Assembly: GCA_965113315.1 (NCBI GenBank)
Contig: OZ220368.1
Strand: one strand, 5' to 3'
Origin: Podarcis vaucheri
Taxonomy: Eukaryota
Length of the DNA: 64,000 nt
Numbering within the stretch: the first letter of the stretch is position 1; the number at the start of each line of letters is the position of its first letter. The notes under the pieces are model-generated. The model did not search any database and was not told the origin of the DNA. It was given only the letters and a program-made list of their open reading frames with translations. Below, one piece after another: positions 62,016 through 64,000 of this stretch. Position numbers and translations under genes: made by a program.

Positions 62016-63791
62016 ACAACAGCCCTGTGAGGTGGGTCAGGCGAGTGGCCCAAGGGAGCACCCAGGGATTGTCCTGGCCAGGTGGGGTGATTTGAACCCT
62101 GCTCTCTGCCCGGTCTTCGTCCTCATTTAGCCCCCACATGTGCATGACTGTGCATGACTGAAGTTTCCCCCCCTCGTCTTGGCTATGGTGTGAGTCTGTG
62201 CTGTTAATTAATGGGGTTCTGCCTTCGGAGAAGATGAGCCAGCCCTCAAGGAGGTGATTATGTAATTTGCTACCAATTCATGTCCCTCCCGGCGTGACGC
62301 TGCGCGCTGACGTCACGGGGCTGTAATGGTGGTATGCCTCGAGATTTTTTTCATGAAACAAGTGTGCCTTTGCCCAAAAAAGGTTGGGAAACACTGTCCT
62401 ATGGGTTGGTTTTTTGTTGGAGCAGAAAGCTGTCACTTAAGATGCAGGGTTTGATATTTGGGGCTGAAAGCCAACTTCTGTGTTGTACAAAGGTTGAGAT
62501 CACTTGTCCCCATCTAGTCCAGACAGCTGTCTTGTCTGTAGCATTGGCCAGTAGGGATAACAGGGAAATTTGTTTAGGTAACCTACCCAGTTTGCAATTC
62601 CCAAATAAAATACAGTAAGCCCACAACTTATGCACATTTAACATGTGCACATTCAACTTTATGCTCTTGGCAAAAAGTAAAATATAAAAGGGCATGGAAA
62701 GGAGGTAGCGTCGGGGGGGGGGAGTCTTTGGCAGTCCCACCCACCATTGAACCCAATGTGTTTTGGCTTTAGGCATGATCCCCAGAACGTAACCCCCACG
62801 TAAGTGGTGGGCTTACTGTACGCAGTGAAACACACCTATCCTTCACAATTTCTACTTCTCTGATTTTTTGCAGTGCAGTTGTCCAACCCAACATTCACCC
62901 CCCCCAAAGGCATATGTTAAGGAAAAGTGCGCACACAAATGCTTATTTTAGTGAAAATAATGTCCCAAAATTGGGGGGAAGCTGATTGGAAACAAAATGT
63001 ATATTTTAGGCAAAATTGCAGAGTAATGCTAGGTGAAATGCATAGGAAAATGCGCATGAATTTTCATACAGTAGTTAAAAGAAGTTTGCAAACTAAGGTG
63101 GAAACGGGGAGAACCAAACTGAAGATTGGGGAGAGAAACAAATAGAAACGAAAATGAAAACCAATTTATCTGTGTCTTTGAAAAGGTTAAAAGCAACCAG
63201 CCATGACTGAAAACTGTACTAGAACCCCTTTCCCTCCCAGTTTGTTTGTTCGTTTTGTTTTTTTGAAAGGTGCATTTAGTTCCTTCAAAGAGAGGAGCTG
63301 TACAGCAGGACCAGGTGGAGGAGGCAGTGATGATCATTTGCCTCACAAGTTGCATTTTCTTTCTCACAGATGAGGTAGTGTCTTCTAACAACATCTGTGA
63401 GAGGAGAAGGGTCCCAGTCCCAGCAGTGATGAACACACTGTATTGCTTTCCCAAGGCATCAATGGCTACTAGCCACGATGGCTATCTATTACCTCTAAAT
63501 ACTAGTTTCTGGGGATCACAAGCAAGAGAGAGCTCATAGCCATCTGCTTCACTGCTGTGAGAACAGAAAACTGGGCTAGATGGACCTTTGGCTTGATCCA
63601 TAGGAACGTAGGAAGCCGCCTTATACGTAGTGAGTCCTTTGGCCCATCTAGCTCAGAACAGTACTGTCTACACCAACTGGCAGCAGCTTTCCAGGGCTTC
63701 AAGTAATGGACATTCTCTGCCTTACCAGGAGATGCTGGGGATAGGATCTGGGGCCTTCTGAGTGCACAACCTATCTTGTAACACTAAGCTA

Positions 63792-64000
63792 CAGTCGGAC
63801 CTTGGTTGTCAAATGCCTTGGTACTTGGACATTTTGGCTCCCGAACGCCGCAAACCCGGAAGTGAGCGTTCCGCTTTGCGAACGTTTTTTGGAAGCCAAA
63901 CATCCAACGCGGCTTCCGATTGAGTGCAGGAAGCTCCTGCAGCCAATCGGAAGCCATGCCTTGGTTTTCAAACAGTTCCAGAAGTCAAACTGACTCCCGG
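63792..64000. mobile_element. Tc1/mariner-like MITE, runs off window
   Basis: TA|CAGTCGGACC start; reverse copy of the 6754 family. Confidence 0.7.

Overview
Vertebrate genomic DNA, very probably a squamate lizard (Sauria/Squam1 SINEs, other squamate-type SINEs and MITEs; lacertid-like is an inference). Gene order matches conserved amniote synteny. The last six coding exons of DOCK7 (+, stop at 8535) are followed tail-to-tail by the complete USP1 coding region (-, 8 coding exons, about 782 aa) and its CpG-island promoter at about 23-24.4 kb. A second CpG island at about 48.4-49.8 kb is probably the non-coding first exon of KANK4 (synteny only). Two LTR retroelements stand out. (1) A Ty1/Copia element in a DOCK7 intron whose gag-pol frame I read as open from 2810 to the window edge; the ORF track misses it. 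(2) A very young 4.93-kb class II endogenous retrovirus (29568-34500) with 689-bp LTRs differing at one base and a 6-bp TSD. It combines a tRNA-Trp PBS, intact betaretrovirus-like gag and pro, a degenerate dUTPase and an alpharetrovirus-type env. Almost all of pol is deleted, and the surviving pol stub has its own AUG overlapping the pro stop instead of a -1 frameshift site. The rest is SINEs, MITEs, LINE fragments, solo LTRs and a few local rearrangement scars. All comparisons were made by eye, without database searches.
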